Below are positions 23,361 through 36,223 of a stretch of DNA of 64,000 nucleotides, one piece after another. Under the pieces are notes generated by a model, which was given only the letters and a program-made list of their open reading frames with translations, made no database searches and was not told the origin of the DNA. Source of the DNA: Trypanosoma brucei (Eukaryota); the NCBI GenBank assembly GCA_000002445.1, contig AE017150.2, positions 576,001-640,000 on the forward strand, written 5' to 3'. Position 1 is the first letter of the stretch; each line of letters begins with the position of its first letter. The translations under genes were made by a program, and so were the position numbers.

Positions 23361-23674
23361 ACTCACCTTCACTCTTAGACAAATGTGCAGTTTTTTTTTT
23401 TTAAACAGCGAGTGTAAATAAGGAAAACCAAAGAGAATAAAAATGATAATGAGTTGAATAAAAGTATATAGATTCATGAGATAAGGAAGAAGGTCTAGCA
23501 GCCTTTTCGTTGTTTTTGTTTTGTGGTAATACCTTACCTATATTTTTTTTAAAAATAAAGAATTGACACAATAGAGTAAATATTTTCGCTTGAAGAAGCC
23601 GTTGTTGATTTTCTCTTCCAGTCGTAAATTCAGCTGATCGTTTGAAGCATCCACCTCTCACACTGTACGTCATC

Positions 23675-24052
23675 ATGGCTGGCGTGCTTCATGAAACTGC
23701 CACAACCGTATCATACAGGGGAGCGCTATGCAAATTAGCAGGTGTTGAGCTACAAGGGATTAATTTATCACCACCTCAAAGGCTGTGCCACTTGGGGTTG
23801 CTGATCAGTCGTGAGATCAACTGGCTGGCAGCAGTCCTCGAGGAATGGGAAGAAAAATATATGCTTTTGACATGTGTGCCGTACCGTGGTGTTGTGGACG
23901 CGTTTACAACCCTGCTCAGGACAATTAAGCGGCACCTGGAGACAGAGAACAGTTCAAAGGACAATGAAAAGGAGTGGGATGCGTTGCTGGCTTCTAGCAT
24001 TACTGAATTTCAGGTGGAGGTTATGGAAATCGGAAAGGGTAAGAGTTACTAG
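23675..24052 (+). CDS. array-associated 125-aa hypothetical protein, copy 2 (CHLGLL/MLLTCV haplotype)
   Basis: Same ORF as 20131-20508, with 3 non-synonymous and 4 synonymous differences. Confidence 0.5.
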   Translation: MAGVLHETATTVSYRGALCKLAGVELQGINLSPPQRLCHLGLLISREINWLAAVLEEWEEKYMLLTCVPYRGVVDAFTTLLRTIKRHLETENSSKDNEKEWDALLASSITEFQVEVMEIGKGKSY

Positions 24053-25593
24053 CATTTTTTTCTTTTCTTCCTAAATGGACATTTAACTTTTTTTCCTCTT
24101 TTTTTTACGGTGGTATATCCTCTTTTTTTGTCACCCAATGGTTAAATTACCATGCGGTGACAAAACAAAGACTCGGTTTTTAAACTCATTGAGAATAATA
24201 GAGTACGCATACCTAAAAAAAAGTGTATGCGGAGTGGATTATGTATTCTCATGAAATCAATCATTCAAGTATCTAATGCAAAGCGCAAACAACTGGACGA
24301 CGGAAATTTTTTTAATTTTTGCGGTGCCTCTATAAATAACTCCTTCACTAACCGTTATTGCTCGACGTAGCATCACTAGGTAAACCTTTACGCGTTCGTC
24401 TGCTTTGAATGCACTAGTTCATACAGCTCCCTAAAGTCTAACTCCGTCTCAACTCTTTCCCCACTCTTACACATCGAATAGTCTTTGGCAAAATACAAAC
24501 CTTTGGGAGTCACACCTCCACAAGAAATTAGTTATAGCTAGCCTTCCCCCACTGCCCACATTATGCATCCTTATCAATTGCCTCGGCTGATAACTTAAAT
24601 TGACAGCGTAATTGAACTATCCGTCTCTGTTATGAGTCCCTGATGGCAGTACTCGTGGTTTCCATAGGAGGGGGAACGATCCGTCCGAATAATCCAAATT
24701 TGAGGGGTTAAAGGGTAGTAAAATACATTACTTTCATCAGATGAAGAACACACGAAATGACTTAAGGGTGCGAGAGTGGCATTCTGAACCTGTAAAATGT
24801 GTACCTTGCCTGCTTCTTCATGCCATGAAGTGTAAATATATCCCAAACATTCAAGTCTGCTTTGTCGATATATTTGTCACAGAAGTGTAGTAGGTTACAT
24901 GGTCTGTGTGAACTGGGGATCGAAAGCTCTCAGGTGGCAATGCTTGGCGGTGTAATGTATGCATGGCCGCAGTGTTGAATACCATTCCTTATATCTACTC
25001 GATGAGTTCAGTTTTGGCGAATTAGCCTATGATTGTGTCTTCGATGTTTTATCTCGGGGTTTAGTAGAGGTGGACACATATAAAGTTATGGGGGCGGCTG
25101 TTACCTGTGGGAGTCCTATTATAAAGTGGTAAGTACTGTGCCTCTTTTATGGGTGCTGTCAGACAAGCATTTTGTTTTGTGTGGAGACGGACTTTCCTCC
25201 ATTTGCTTTGGAGGGACGATTTAAGTCACTGCTGGTTTCTGTTGTGCAATAGAAACGCGAGAGGCAAAGTGTGTCTGTTGAAGTGTGATTATTCTTTTTG
25301 GGGCGTCTTCATTACCGGGATGTTGGGAATGCTGATTACTGCTGTTTCCACTGTAGTGAGGCGAATAAACAGCTGCAAGTGTGTTTCGGATCCCTTTAGT
25401 TTTTAGTAAATCCTTTTCCGAATATGTGAATACCAAGCATACACATGCGCGTTTAGTTGCCAGCTAATATTTGTAACTCTGGATATTTCACAACTTGGGT
25501 ATGTATGTAACATTGTAAATTGCTTTGCTTCTTTTGCAAAATAATTTGTGGAAGAGTTCTTGATAAGACTGAAAGGTGGAATAATATAAAAAA

Positions 25594-26904
25594 ATGATGA
25601 AGTATTTGCTGGTATTTGCAATTATTGCCACAAGAATCTCTGTGTTGTTGGCGACTAATGGTGGAGATAAACATGTGAAAGCTAACAAGAAGTTGACGAA
25701 AGAGGGAGCAGCGGCACTCTGTAAAATGAAGCATCTTGCTGATAAAGTTGCAGAGGAGAGATCACAAGAGTTGAAGGATAGAACTCAAAATTTTGCTGGT
25801 TATATAGAGTTCGAGTTGTATAGAATAGATTATTGGTTGGAAAAGCTGAACGGTCCGAAGGGGCGAAAAGACGGTTATGCTAAGCTGTCTGACTCTGATA
25901 TAGAAAAAGTAAAGGAGATATTCAACAAGGCAAAAGATGGAATAACTAAGCAACTCCCTGAGGCAAAGAAAGCCGGTGAGGAAGCTGAAAAACTACACAC
26001 CGAAGTGAAGAAGGCCGCGAAGAATGCACGCGGAGTGAGGTTAAGTGAAGGAACGAACTCTAGTGGCCTTTACAGGATTTTGGATTGGTATTGTTTTAAA
26101 GAAGGGGAGAATGCGGGTAAGAGCGACAACTGTGATGGCGTCAAGTTCAGCGTGCATTACGAAACGCACAGAAGAAGGAATGTTATTGACTGCAGCAGCA
26201 CCGGCTATGAGGAGAATTATGATTGGTCTGCGAACGCGCTGCAGGTGGCCCTAAATAGCTGGGAGAATGTGAAGCCAAAAAAATTGGAGTCAGCCGGGTC
26301 GGACATGAATTGCAACATCGGCCAATCTTCCGAGAGCCATCCATGCACCATGACAGAGGAGTGGCAGACTCCATACAAGGAAACTGTCGAAAAGCTAAGG
26401 GAACTTGAGGATGCGTACCAAAGGGGAAAGAAGGCTCATGATGCTATGTTGGGTTACGCTAATACCGCATATGCTGTGAACACGAAAGTGGAACAGGAAA
26501 AGCCGCTGACAGAGGTGATAGCGGCAGCCAAGGAAGCAGGGAAAAAGGGCGCGAAAATTATAATACCCGCAGCTGCCCCAGCAACACCGACTAACAGCAC
26601 AAAAAATGAAGATAGTGCTTCAACCGAGCATGTTGATAGAGGGATTGCAACAAATGAAACACAGGTGGAAGTTGGTATTGATGCTGACTTTGATAGTCTC
26701 CTAGATGCCACAGAGGCTGCAGAGGTAACGCGTAGACATCAGAGAACAGCAATGATTATATTGGCAGTCCTTGTACCTGCCATTATTCTTGTGGTTACGG
26801 CCTTTGCATTCTTCATAATGGTGAAACGAAGGAGGAATAGCTCCAAGGATGTGGACACCGGAAAAGCGGAGGGTGGGGTTTCTAGCGTAAAAGTAGTAAT
26901 GTAG
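25594..26904 (+). CDS. ISG65: ISG65-like type I membrane protein, copy 2
   Basis: 436 aa, consensus type (…LLATNGGDKHVKANKKL…, …ARGVRLSEGTNSSGLYRILDWYCFKEGENAGKSDNCDGVKFSVHYETHRRRNVIDCSS…). Confidence 0.7.
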   Translation: MMKYLLVFAIIATRISVLLATNGGDKHVKANKKLTKEGAAALCKMKHLADKVAEERSQELKDRTQNFAGYIEFELYRIDYWLEKLNGPKGRKDGYAKLSDSDIEKVKEIFNKAKDGITKQLPEAKKAGEEAEKLHTEVKKAAKNARGVRLSEGTNSSGLYRILDWYCFKEGENAGKSDNCDGVKFSVHYETHRRRNVIDCSSTGYEENYDWSANALQVALNSWENVKPKKLESAGSDMNCNIGQSSESHPCTMTEEWQTPYKETVEKLRELEDAYQRGKKAHDAMLGYANTAYAVNTKVEQEKPLTEVIAAAKEAGKKGAKIIIPAAAPATPTNSTKNEDSASTEHVDRGIATNETQVEVGIDADFDSLLDATEAAEVTRRHQRTAMIILAVLVPAIILVVTAFAFFIMVKRRRNSSKDVDTGKAEGGVSSVKVVM

Positions 26905-27218
26905 ACTCACCTTCACTCTTAGACAAATGTGCAGTTTTTTTTTTTTAAACAGCGAGTGTAAATAAGGAAAACCAAAGAGAATAAAAATGATAATGAGTTG
27001 AATGAAAGTATATAGATTCATGAGATAAGGAAGAAGGTCTAGCAGCCTTTTCGTTGTTTTTGTTTTGTGGTAATACCTTACCTATATTTTTTTTAAAAAT
27101 AAAGAATTGACACAATAGAGTAAATATTTTCGCTTGAAGAAGCCGTTGTTGATTTTCTCTTCCATTTGTAAATTCAGCTGATCGTTTAAAGCATCTATCT
27201 CTCACACTGTACGTCATC

Positions 27219-27596
27219 ATGGCTAGCATGCTTCATGAAACTGCCACAACCGTATCATACAGGGGAGCGCTATGCAAATTAGCAGGTGTTGAGCTACAAG
27301 GGATTAATTTATCACCACCTCAAAGGCTGTGCCACTTGGGGTTGCTGATCAGTCGTGAGATCAACTGGCTGGCAGCAGTCCTCGAGGAATGGGAAGAAAA
27401 ATATATGCTTTTGACATGTGTGCCGTACCGTGGTGTTGTGGACGCGTTTACAACCCTGCTCAGGACAATTAAGCGGCACCTGGAGACAGAGAACAGTTCA
27501 AAGGACAATGAAAAGGAGTGGGATGCGTTGCTGGCTTCTAGCATTACTGAATTTCAGGTGGAGGTTATGGAAATCGGAAAGGGTAAGAGTTACTAG
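27219..27596 (+). CDS. array-associated 125-aa hypothetical protein, copy 3 (MASM start variant)
   Basis: MASMLHETATT…; G2S and V4M substitutions relative to copy 1. Confidence 0.5.
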   Translation: MASMLHETATTVSYRGALCKLAGVELQGINLSPPQRLCHLGLLISREINWLAAVLEEWEEKYMLLTCVPYRGVVDAFTTLLRTIKRHLETENSSKDNEKEWDALLASSITEFQVEVMEIGKGKSY

Positions 27597-29139
27597 CATT
27601 TTTTTTCTTTTCTTCCTAAATGGACATTTAACTTTTTTTCCTCTTTTTTTTACGGTGGTATATCCTCTTTTTTTGTCACCCAATGGTTAAATTACCATGC
27701 GGTGACAAAACAAAGACTCGGTTTTTAAACTCATTGAGAATAATAGAGTACGCATACCTAAAAAAAAGTGTATGCGGAGTGGATTATGTATTCTCATGAA
27801 ATCAATCATTCAAATATCTAATGCAAAGCGCAAACAACTGTACGACGGAAATTTTTTTAATTTTTGCGGTGCCTCTATAAATAACTCCTTCACTAACCGT
27901 TATTGCTCGACGTAGCATCACTAGGTAAACCTTTACGCGTTCGTCTGCTTTGAATGCACTAGTTCATACAGCTCCCTAAAGTCTAACTCCGTCTCAACTC
28001 TTTCCCCATTCTTACACATTGAATAGTCTTCGACAAAATACAAACCCTTGGGAGTCACACCTCCACAAGAAATTAGTTATAGCTAGCCTTCCCCCACTGC
28101 CCACATTATGCATCCTTATCAATTGCCTCGGCTGATAACTTAAATTGACAGCGTAATTGAACTATCCGTCTCTGTTATGAGTCCCTGATGGCAGTACTCG
28201 TGGTTTCCATAGGAGGGGGAACGATCCGTCCGAATAATCCAAATTTGAGGGGTTAAAGGGTAGTAAAATACATTACTTTCATCGGATGAAGAACACACGA
28301 AATGACTTAAGGGTGCGAGAGTGGCATTCTGAACCTGTAAAATGTGTACCTTGCCTGCTTCTTCATGCCATGAAATGTAAATATATCCCAAACATTCAAG
28401 TCTGCTTTGTCGATATATTTGTCACAGAAGTGTAGTAGGTTACATGGTCTGTGTGAACTGGGGATCGAAAGCTCTCAGGTGGCAATGCTTGGCGGTGTAA
28501 TGTATGCATGGCCGCAGTGTTGAATACCATTCCTTATATCTACTCGATGAGTTCAGTTTTGGCGAGTTAGCCTATGATTGTGTCTTCGATGTTTTATCTC
28601 GGGGTTTAGTAGAGGTGGACACATATAAAGTTATGGGGGCGGCTGTTACCTGTGGGAGTCCTATTATAAAGTGGTAAGTACTGTGCCTCTTTTATGGGTG
28701 CTGTCAGACAAGCATTTTGTTTTGTGTGGAGACGAACTTTCCTCCATCTGCTTTGGAGGGACGATTTAAGTCACTGCTGGTTTCTGTTGTGCAATAGAAA
28801 CGCGAGAGGCAAAGTGTGTCTGTTGGAGTGCGATAATTCTTTTTGGGTGCGTCTTCATTACCGGGATGTTGGGAATGCTGATTACTGCTGTTTCCACTGT
28901 AGTGAGGCGAATAAACAGCTGCAAGTGTGTTTCGGATCCCTTTAGTTTTTAGTAAATCCTTTTCCGAATATGTGAATACCAAGCATACACATACGCAATA
29001 ATTTCCAAGCTAATATTTGTAACTCTGGATCTTTCACAACTTGGGTATGTATGTAACATTGTAAATTGCTTTGCTTCTTTTGCAAAATAATTTGTGGAAG
29101 AGTTCTTGATAAGACTGAAAGGTGGAATAATATAAAAAA

Positions 29140-30450
29140 ATGATGAAGTATTTGCTGGTATTTGCAATTATTGCCACAAGAATCCCTGTGTTGTTGGCGA
29201 CTAATGGTGGAGATAAACATGTGAAAGCTAACAAGAAGTTGACGAAAGAGGGAGCAGCGGCACTCTGTAAAATGAAGCATCTTGCTGATAAAGTTGCAGA
29301 GGAGAGATCACAAGAGTTGAAGGATAGAACTCAAAATTTTGCTGGTTATATAGAGTTCGAGTTGTATAGAATAGATTATTGGTTGGAAAAGCTGAACGGT
29401 CCGAAGGGGCGAAAAGACGGTTATGCTAAGCTGTCTGACTCTGATATAGAAAAAGTAAAGGAGATATTCAACAAGGCAAAAGATGGAATAGCTAAGCAAC
29501 TCCCTGAGGCAAAGAAAGCCGGTGAGGAAGCTGAAAAACTACACACCGAAGTGAAGAAGGCCGCGAAGAATGCACGCGGAGTGAGGTTAAGTGAAGGAAC
29601 GAACTCTAGTGGCCTTTACAGGATTTTGGATTGGTATTGTTTTAAAGAAGGGGAGAATGCGGGTAAGAGCGACAACTGTGATGGCGTCAAGTTCAGCGTG
29701 CATTACGAAACGCACAGAAGAAGGAATGTTATTGACTGCAGCAGCACCGGCTATGAGGAGAATTATGATTGGTCTGCGAACGCGCTGCAGGTGGCCCTAA
29801 ATAGCTGGGAGAATGTGAAGCCAAAAAAAGTGGAGTCAGCCGGGTCGGACATGAATTGCAACATCGGCCAATCTTCCGAGAGCCATCCGTGCACCATGAC
29901 AGAGGAGTGGCAGACTCCATACAAGGAAACTGTCGAAAAGCTAAGGGAACTTGAGGATGCGTACCAAAGGGGAAAGAAGGCTCATGATGCTATGTTGGGT
30001 TACGCTAATACCGCATATGCTGTGAACACGAAAGTGGAACAGGAAAAGCCGCTGACAGAGGTGATAGCGGCAGCCAAGGACGCAGGGAAAAAGGGCGCGA
30101 AAATTATAATACCCGCAGCTGCCCCAGCAACACCGACTAACAGCACAAAAAATGAAGATAGTGCTTCAACCGAGCATGTTGATAGAGGGATTGCAACAAA
30201 TGAAACACAGGTGGAAGTTGGTATTGATGCTGACTTTGATAGTCTCCTAGATGCCACAGAGGCTGCAGAGGTAACGCGTAGACATCAGAGAACAGCAATG
30301 ATTATATTGGCAGTCCTTGTACCTGCCATTATTCTTGTGGTTACGGCCGTTGCATTCTTCATAATGGTGAAACGAAGGAGGAATAGCTCCAAGGATGTGG
30401 ACACCGGAAAAGCGGAGGGTGGGGTTTCTAGCGTAAAAGTAGTAATGTAG
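29140..30450 (+). CDS. ISG65: ISG65-like type I membrane protein, copy 3
   Basis: 436 aa, consensus type; KKVESAG and KDAGKK variants. Confidence 0.7.
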   Translation: MMKYLLVFAIIATRIPVLLATNGGDKHVKANKKLTKEGAAALCKMKHLADKVAEERSQELKDRTQNFAGYIEFELYRIDYWLEKLNGPKGRKDGYAKLSDSDIEKVKEIFNKAKDGIAKQLPEAKKAGEEAEKLHTEVKKAAKNARGVRLSEGTNSSGLYRILDWYCFKEGENAGKSDNCDGVKFSVHYETHRRRNVIDCSSTGYEENYDWSANALQVALNSWENVKPKKVESAGSDMNCNIGQSSESHPCTMTEEWQTPYKETVEKLRELEDAYQRGKKAHDAMLGYANTAYAVNTKVEQEKPLTEVIAAAKDAGKKGAKIIIPAAAPATPTNSTKNEDSASTEHVDRGIATNETQVEVGIDADFDSLLDATEAAEVTRRHQRTAMIILAVLVPAIILVVTAVAFFIMVKRRRNSSKDVDTGKAEGGVSSVKVVM

Positions 30451-30762
30451 ACTCACCTTCACTCTTAGACAAATGTGCAGTTTTTTTTTTAAACAGCGAG
30501 TGTAAATAAGGAAAACCAAAGAGAATAAAAATGATAATGAGTTGAATAAAAGTATATAGATTCATGAGATAAGGAAGAAGGTCTAGCAGCCTTTTCGTTG
30601 TTTTTGTTTTGTGGTAATACCTTACCTATATTTTTTTTAAAAATAAAGAATTGACACAATAGAGTAAATATTTTCGCTTGAAGAAGCCGTTGTTGATTTT
30701 CTCTTCCATTTGTAAATTCAGCTGATCGTTTGAAGCATCCATCTCTCACACTGTACGTCATC

Positions 30763-31140
30763 ATGGCTGGCGTGCTTCATGAAACTGCCACAACCGTATC
30801 ATACAGGGGAGCGCTATGCAAATTAGCAGGTGTTGAGCTACAAGGGATTAATTTATCACCACCTCAAAGGTTGTGTCAGTTGGAGTTGCTGATCAGTCGT
30901 GAGATCAACTGGCTGGCAGCAGTCCTCGAGGAATGGGAAGAAAAATATATGCTCTTCACATGTGTGCCGTACCGTGGTGTTGTGGACGCGTTTACAACCC
31001 TGCTCAGGACAATTAAGCGGCACCTGGAGACAGAGAACAGTTCAAAGGACAATGAAAAGGAGTGGGATGCGTTGCTGGCTTCTAGCATTACTGAATTTCA
31101 GGTGGAGGTTATGGAAATCGGAAAGGGTAAGAGTTACTAG
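30763..31140 (+). CDS. array-associated 125-aa hypothetical protein, copy 4
   Basis: CQLELL/MLFTCV haplotype. Confidence 0.5.
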   Translation: MAGVLHETATTVSYRGALCKLAGVELQGINLSPPQRLCQLELLISREINWLAAVLEEWEEKYMLFTCVPYRGVVDAFTTLLRTIKRHLETENSSKDNEKEWDALLASSITEFQVEVMEIGKGKSY

Positions 31141-32680
31141 CATTTTTTTCTTTTCTTCCTAAATGGACATTTAACTTTTTTTCCTCTTTTTTTTACGGTG
31201 GTATATCCTCTTTTTTTGTCACCCAATGGTTAAATTACCATGCGGTGACAAAACAAAGACTCGGTTTTTAAACTCATTGAGAATAATAGAGTACGCATAC
31301 CTAAAAAAAAGTGTATGCGGAGTGGATTATGTATTCTCATGAAATCAATCATTCAAATATCTAATGCAAAGCGCAAACAACTGTACGACGGAAATTTTTT
31401 TAATTTTTGCGGTGCCTCTATAAATAACTCCTTCACTAACCGTTATTGCTCGACGTAGCATCACTAGGTAAACCTTTACGCGTTCGTCTGCTTTGAATGC
31501 ACTAGTTCATACAGCTCCCTAAAGTCTAACTCCGTCTCAACTCTTTCCCCACTCTTACACATCGAATAGTCTTTGGCAAAATACAAACCTTTGGGAGTCA
31601 CACCTCCACAAGAAATTAGTTATAGCTAGCCTTCCCCCACTGCCCACATTATGCATCCTTATCAATTGCCTCGGCTGATAACTTAAATTGACAGCGTAAT
31701 TGAACTATCCGTCTCTGTTATGAGTCCCTGATGGCAGTACTCGTGGTTTCCATAGGAGGGGGAACGATCCGTCCGAATAATCCAAATTTGAGGGGTTAAA
31801 GGGTAGTAAAATACATTACTTTCATCAGATGAAGAACACACGAAATGACTTAAGGGTGCGAGAGTGGCATTCTGAACCTGTAAAATGTGTACCTTGCCTG
31901 CTTCTTCATGCCATGAAATGTAAATATATCCCAAACATTCAAGTCTGCTTTGTCGATATATTTGTCACAGAAGTGTAGTAGGTTACATGGTCTGTGTGAA
32001 CTAGGGATCGAAAGCTCTCAGGTGGCAATGCTTGGCGGTGTAATGTATGCATGGCCGCAGTGTTGAATACCATTCCTTATATCTACTCGATGAGTTCAGT
32101 TTTGGCGAGTTAGCCTATGATTGTGTCTTCGATGTTTTATCTCGGGGTTTAGTAGAGGTGGACACATATAAAGTTATGGGGGCGGCTGTTACCTGTGGGA
32201 GTCCTATTATAAAGTGGTAAGTACTGTGCCTCTTTTATGGGTGCTGTCAGACAAGCATTTTGTTTTGTGTGGAGACGAACTTTCCTCCATCTGCTTTGGA
32301 GGGACGATTTAAGTCACTGCTGGTTTCTGTTGTGCAATAGAAACGCGAGAGGCAAAGTGTGTCTGTTGAAGTGCGATAATTCTTTTTGGGCGCGTCTTCA
32401 TTACCGGGATGTTGGGAATGCTGATTACTGCTGTTTCCACTGTAGTGAGGCGAATAAACAGCTGCAAGTGTGTTTCGAATCCCTTTAGTTTTTAGTAAAT
32501 CCTTTTCCGAATATGTGAATACCAAGCATACACACGCAATAATTTCCAAGCTAATATTTGTAACTCTGGATATTTCACAACTTGGGTATGTATGTAACAT
32601 TGTAAATTGCTTTGCTTCTTTTGCAAAATCATTTGTGGAAGAGTTCTTGATAAGACTGAAAGGTGGAATAATATAAAAAA

Positions 32681-33991
32681 ATGATGAAGTATTTGCTGGT
32701 ATTTGCAATTATTGCCACAAGAATCCCTGTGTTGTTGGCGACTAATGGTGGAGATAAACATGTGAAAGCTAACAAGAAGTTGACGAAAGAGGGAGCAGCG
32801 GCACTCTGTAAAATGAAGCATCTTGCTGATAAAGTTGCAGAGGAGAGATCACAAGAGTTGAAGGATAGAACTCAAAATTTTGCTGGTTATATAGAGTTCG
32901 AGTTGTATAGAATAGATTATTGGTTGGAAAAGCTGAACGGTCCGAAGGGGCGAAAAGACGGTTATGCTAAGCTGTCTGACTCTGATATAGAAAAAGTAAA
33001 GGAGATATTCAACAAGGCAAAAGATGGAATAGCTAAGCAACTCCCTGAGGCAAAGAAAGCCGGTGAGGAAGCTGAAAAACTACACACCGAAGTGAAGAAG
33101 GCCGCGAAGAATGCACGCGGAGTGAGGTTAAGTGAAGGAACGAACTCTAGTGGCCTTTACAGGATTTTGGATTGGTATTGTTTTAAAGAAGGGGAGAATG
33201 CGGGTAAGAGCGACAACTGTGATGGCGTCAAGTTCAGCGTGCATTACGAAACGCACAGAAGAAGGAATGTTATTGACTGCAGCAGCACCGGCTATGAGGA
33301 GAATTATGATTGGTCTGCGAACGCGCTGCAGGTGGCCCTAAATAGCTGGGAGAATGTGAAGCCAAAAAAAGTGGAGTCAGCCGGGTCGGACATGAATTGC
33401 AACATCGGCCAATCTTCCGAGAGCCATCCGTGCACCATGACAGAGGAGTGGCAGACTCCATACAAGGAAACTGTCGAAAAGCTAAGGGAACTTGAGGATG
33501 CGTACCAAAGGGGAAAGAAGGCTCATGATGCTATGTTGGGTTACGCTAATACCGCATATGCTGTGAACACGAAAGTGGAACAGGAAAAGCCGCTGACAGA
33601 GGTGATAGCGGCAGCCAAGGAAGCAGGGAAAAAGGGCGCGAAAATTATAATACCCGCAGCTGCCCCAGCAACACCGACTAACAGCACAAAAAATGAAGAT
33701 AGTGCTTCAACCGAGCATGTTGATAGAGGGATTGCAACAAATGAAACACAGGTGGAAGTTGGTATTGATGCTGACTTTGATAGTCTCCTAGATGCCACAG
33801 AGGCTGCAGAGGTAACGCGTAGACATCAGAGAACAGCAATGATTATATTGGCAGTCCTTGTACCTGCCATTATTCTTGTGGTTACGGCCGTTGCATTCTT
33901 CATAATGGTGAAACGAAGGAGGAATAGCTCCAAGGATGTGGACACCGGAAAAGCGGAGGGTGGGGTTTCTAGCGTAAAAGTAGTAATGTAG
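32681..33991 (+). CDS. ISG65: ISG65-like type I membrane protein, copy 4
   Basis: 436 aa, consensus type. Confidence 0.7.
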   Translation: MMKYLLVFAIIATRIPVLLATNGGDKHVKANKKLTKEGAAALCKMKHLADKVAEERSQELKDRTQNFAGYIEFELYRIDYWLEKLNGPKGRKDGYAKLSDSDIEKVKEIFNKAKDGIAKQLPEAKKAGEEAEKLHTEVKKAAKNARGVRLSEGTNSSGLYRILDWYCFKEGENAGKSDNCDGVKFSVHYETHRRRNVIDCSSTGYEENYDWSANALQVALNSWENVKPKKVESAGSDMNCNIGQSSESHPCTMTEEWQTPYKETVEKLRELEDAYQRGKKAHDAMLGYANTAYAVNTKVEQEKPLTEVIAAAKEAGKKGAKIIIPAAAPATPTNSTKNEDSASTEHVDRGIATNETQVEVGIDADFDSLLDATEAAEVTRRHQRTAMIILAVLVPAIILVVTAVAFFIMVKRRRNSSKDVDTGKAEGGVSSVKVVM

Positions 33992-34303
33992 ACTCACCTT
34001 CACTCTTAGACAAATGTGCAGTTTTTTTTTTAAACAGCGAGTGTAAATAAGGAAAACCAAAGAGAATAAAAATGATAATGAGTTGAATGAAAGTATATAG
34101 ATTCATGAGATAAGGAAGAAGGTCTAGCAGCATTTTCGTTGTTTTTGTTTTGTGGTAATACCTTACCTATATTTTTTTTAAAAATAAAGAATTGACACAA
34201 TAGAGTAAATATTTTCGCTTGAAGAAGCCGTTGTTGATTTTCTCTTCCATTTGTAAATTCAGCTGATCGTTTGAAGCATCCATCTCTCACACTGTACGTC
34301 ATC

Positions 34304-34681
34304 ATGGCTGGCGTGCTTCATGAAACTGCCACAACCGTATCATACAGGGGAGCGCTATGCAAATTAGCAGGTGTTGAGCTACAAGGGATTAATTTATCAC
34401 CACCTCAAAGGTTGTGTCAGTTGGAGTTGCTGATCAGTCGTGAGATCAACTGGCTGGCAGCAGTCCTCGAGGAATGGGAAGAAAAATATATGCTCTTCAC
34501 ATGTGTGCCGTACCGTGGTGTTGTGGACGCGTTTACAACCCTGCTCAGGACAATTAAGCGGCACCTGGAGACAGAGAACAGTTCAAAGGACAATGAAAAG
34601 GAGTGGGATGCGTTGCTGGCTTCTAGCATTACTGAATTTCAGGTGGAGGTTATGGAAATCGGAAAGGGTAAGAGTTACTAG
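34304..34681 (+). CDS. array-associated 125-aa hypothetical protein, copy 5
   Basis: CQLELL/MLFTCV haplotype. Confidence 0.5.
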   Translation: MAGVLHETATTVSYRGALCKLAGVELQGINLSPPQRLCQLELLISREINWLAAVLEEWEEKYMLFTCVPYRGVVDAFTTLLRTIKRHLETENSSKDNEKEWDALLASSITEFQVEVMEIGKGKSY

Positions 34682-36223
34682 CATTTTTTTCTTTTCTTCC
34701 TAAATGGACATTTAACTTTTTTTCCTCTTTTTTTTACGGTGGTATATCCTCTTTTTTTGTCACCCAATGGTTAAATTACCATGCGGTGACAAAACAAAGA
34801 CTCGGTTTTTAAACTCATTGAGAATAATAGAGTACGCATACCTAAAAAAAAGTGTATGCGGAGTGGATTATGTATTCTCATGAAATCAATCATTCAAATA
34901 TCTAATGCAAAGCGCAAACAACTGTACGACGGAAATTTTTTTAATTTTTGCGGTGCCTCTATAAATAACTCCTTCACTAACCGTTATTGCTCGACGTAGC
35001 ATCACTAGGTAAACCTTTACGCGTTCGTCTGCTTTGAATGCACTAGTTCATACAGCTCCCTAAAGTCTAACTCCGTCTCAACTTTTTCCCCACTCTTACA
35101 CATCGAATAGTCTCCGACAAAATACAAACCCTTGGGAGTCGCACCTCCACAAGAAATTAGTTATAGCTAGCCTTCCCCCACTGCCCACATTATGCATCCT
35201 TATCAATTGCCTCGGCTGATAACTTAAATTGACAGCGTAATTGAACTATCCGTCTCTGTTATGAGTCCCTGATGGCAGTACTCGTGGTTTCCATAGGAGG
35301 GGGAACGATCCGTCCGAATAATCCAAATTTGAGGGGTTAAAGGGTAGTAAAATACATTACTTTCATCAGATGAAGAACACACGAAATGACTTAAGGGTGC
35401 GAGAGTGGCATTCTGAACCTGTAAAATGTGTACCTTGCCTGCTTCTTCATGCCATGAAATGTAAATATATCCCAAACATTCAAGTCTGCTTTGTCGATAT
35501 ATTTGTCACAGAAGTGTAGTAGGTTACATGGTCTGTGTGAACTAGGGATCGAAAGCTCTCAGGTGGCAATGCTTGGCGGTGTAATGTATGCATGGCCGCA
35601 GTGTTGAATACCATTCCTTATATCTACTCGATGAGTTCAGTTTTGGCGAATTAGCCTATGATTGTGTCTTCGATGTTTTATCTCGGGGTTTAGTAGAGGT
35701 GGACACATATAAAGTTATGGGGGCGGCTGTTACCTGTGGGAGTCCTATTATAAAGTGGTAAGTACTGTGCCTCTTTTATGGGTGCTGTCAGACAAGCATT
35801 TTGTTTTGTGTGGAGACGGACTTTCCTCCATTTGCTTTGGAGGGACGATTTAAGTCACTGCTGGTTTCTGTTGTGCAATAGAAACGCGAGAGGCAAAGTG
35901 TGTCTGTTGAAGTGTGATTATTCTTTTTGGGTGCGTCTTCATTACCGGGATGTTGGGAATGCTGATTACTGCTGTTTCCACTGTAGTGAGGCGAATAAAC
36001 AGCTGCAAGTGTGTTTCGGATCCCTTTAGTTTTTAGTAAATCCTTTTCCGAATATGTGAATACCAAGCATACACATACGCAATAATTTCCAAGCTAATAT
36101 TTGTAACTCTGGATCTTTCACAACTTGGGTATGTATGTAACATTGTAAATTGCTTTGCTTCTTTTGCAAAATAATTTGTGGAAGAGTTCTTGATAAGACT
36201 GAAAGGTGGAATAATATAAAAAA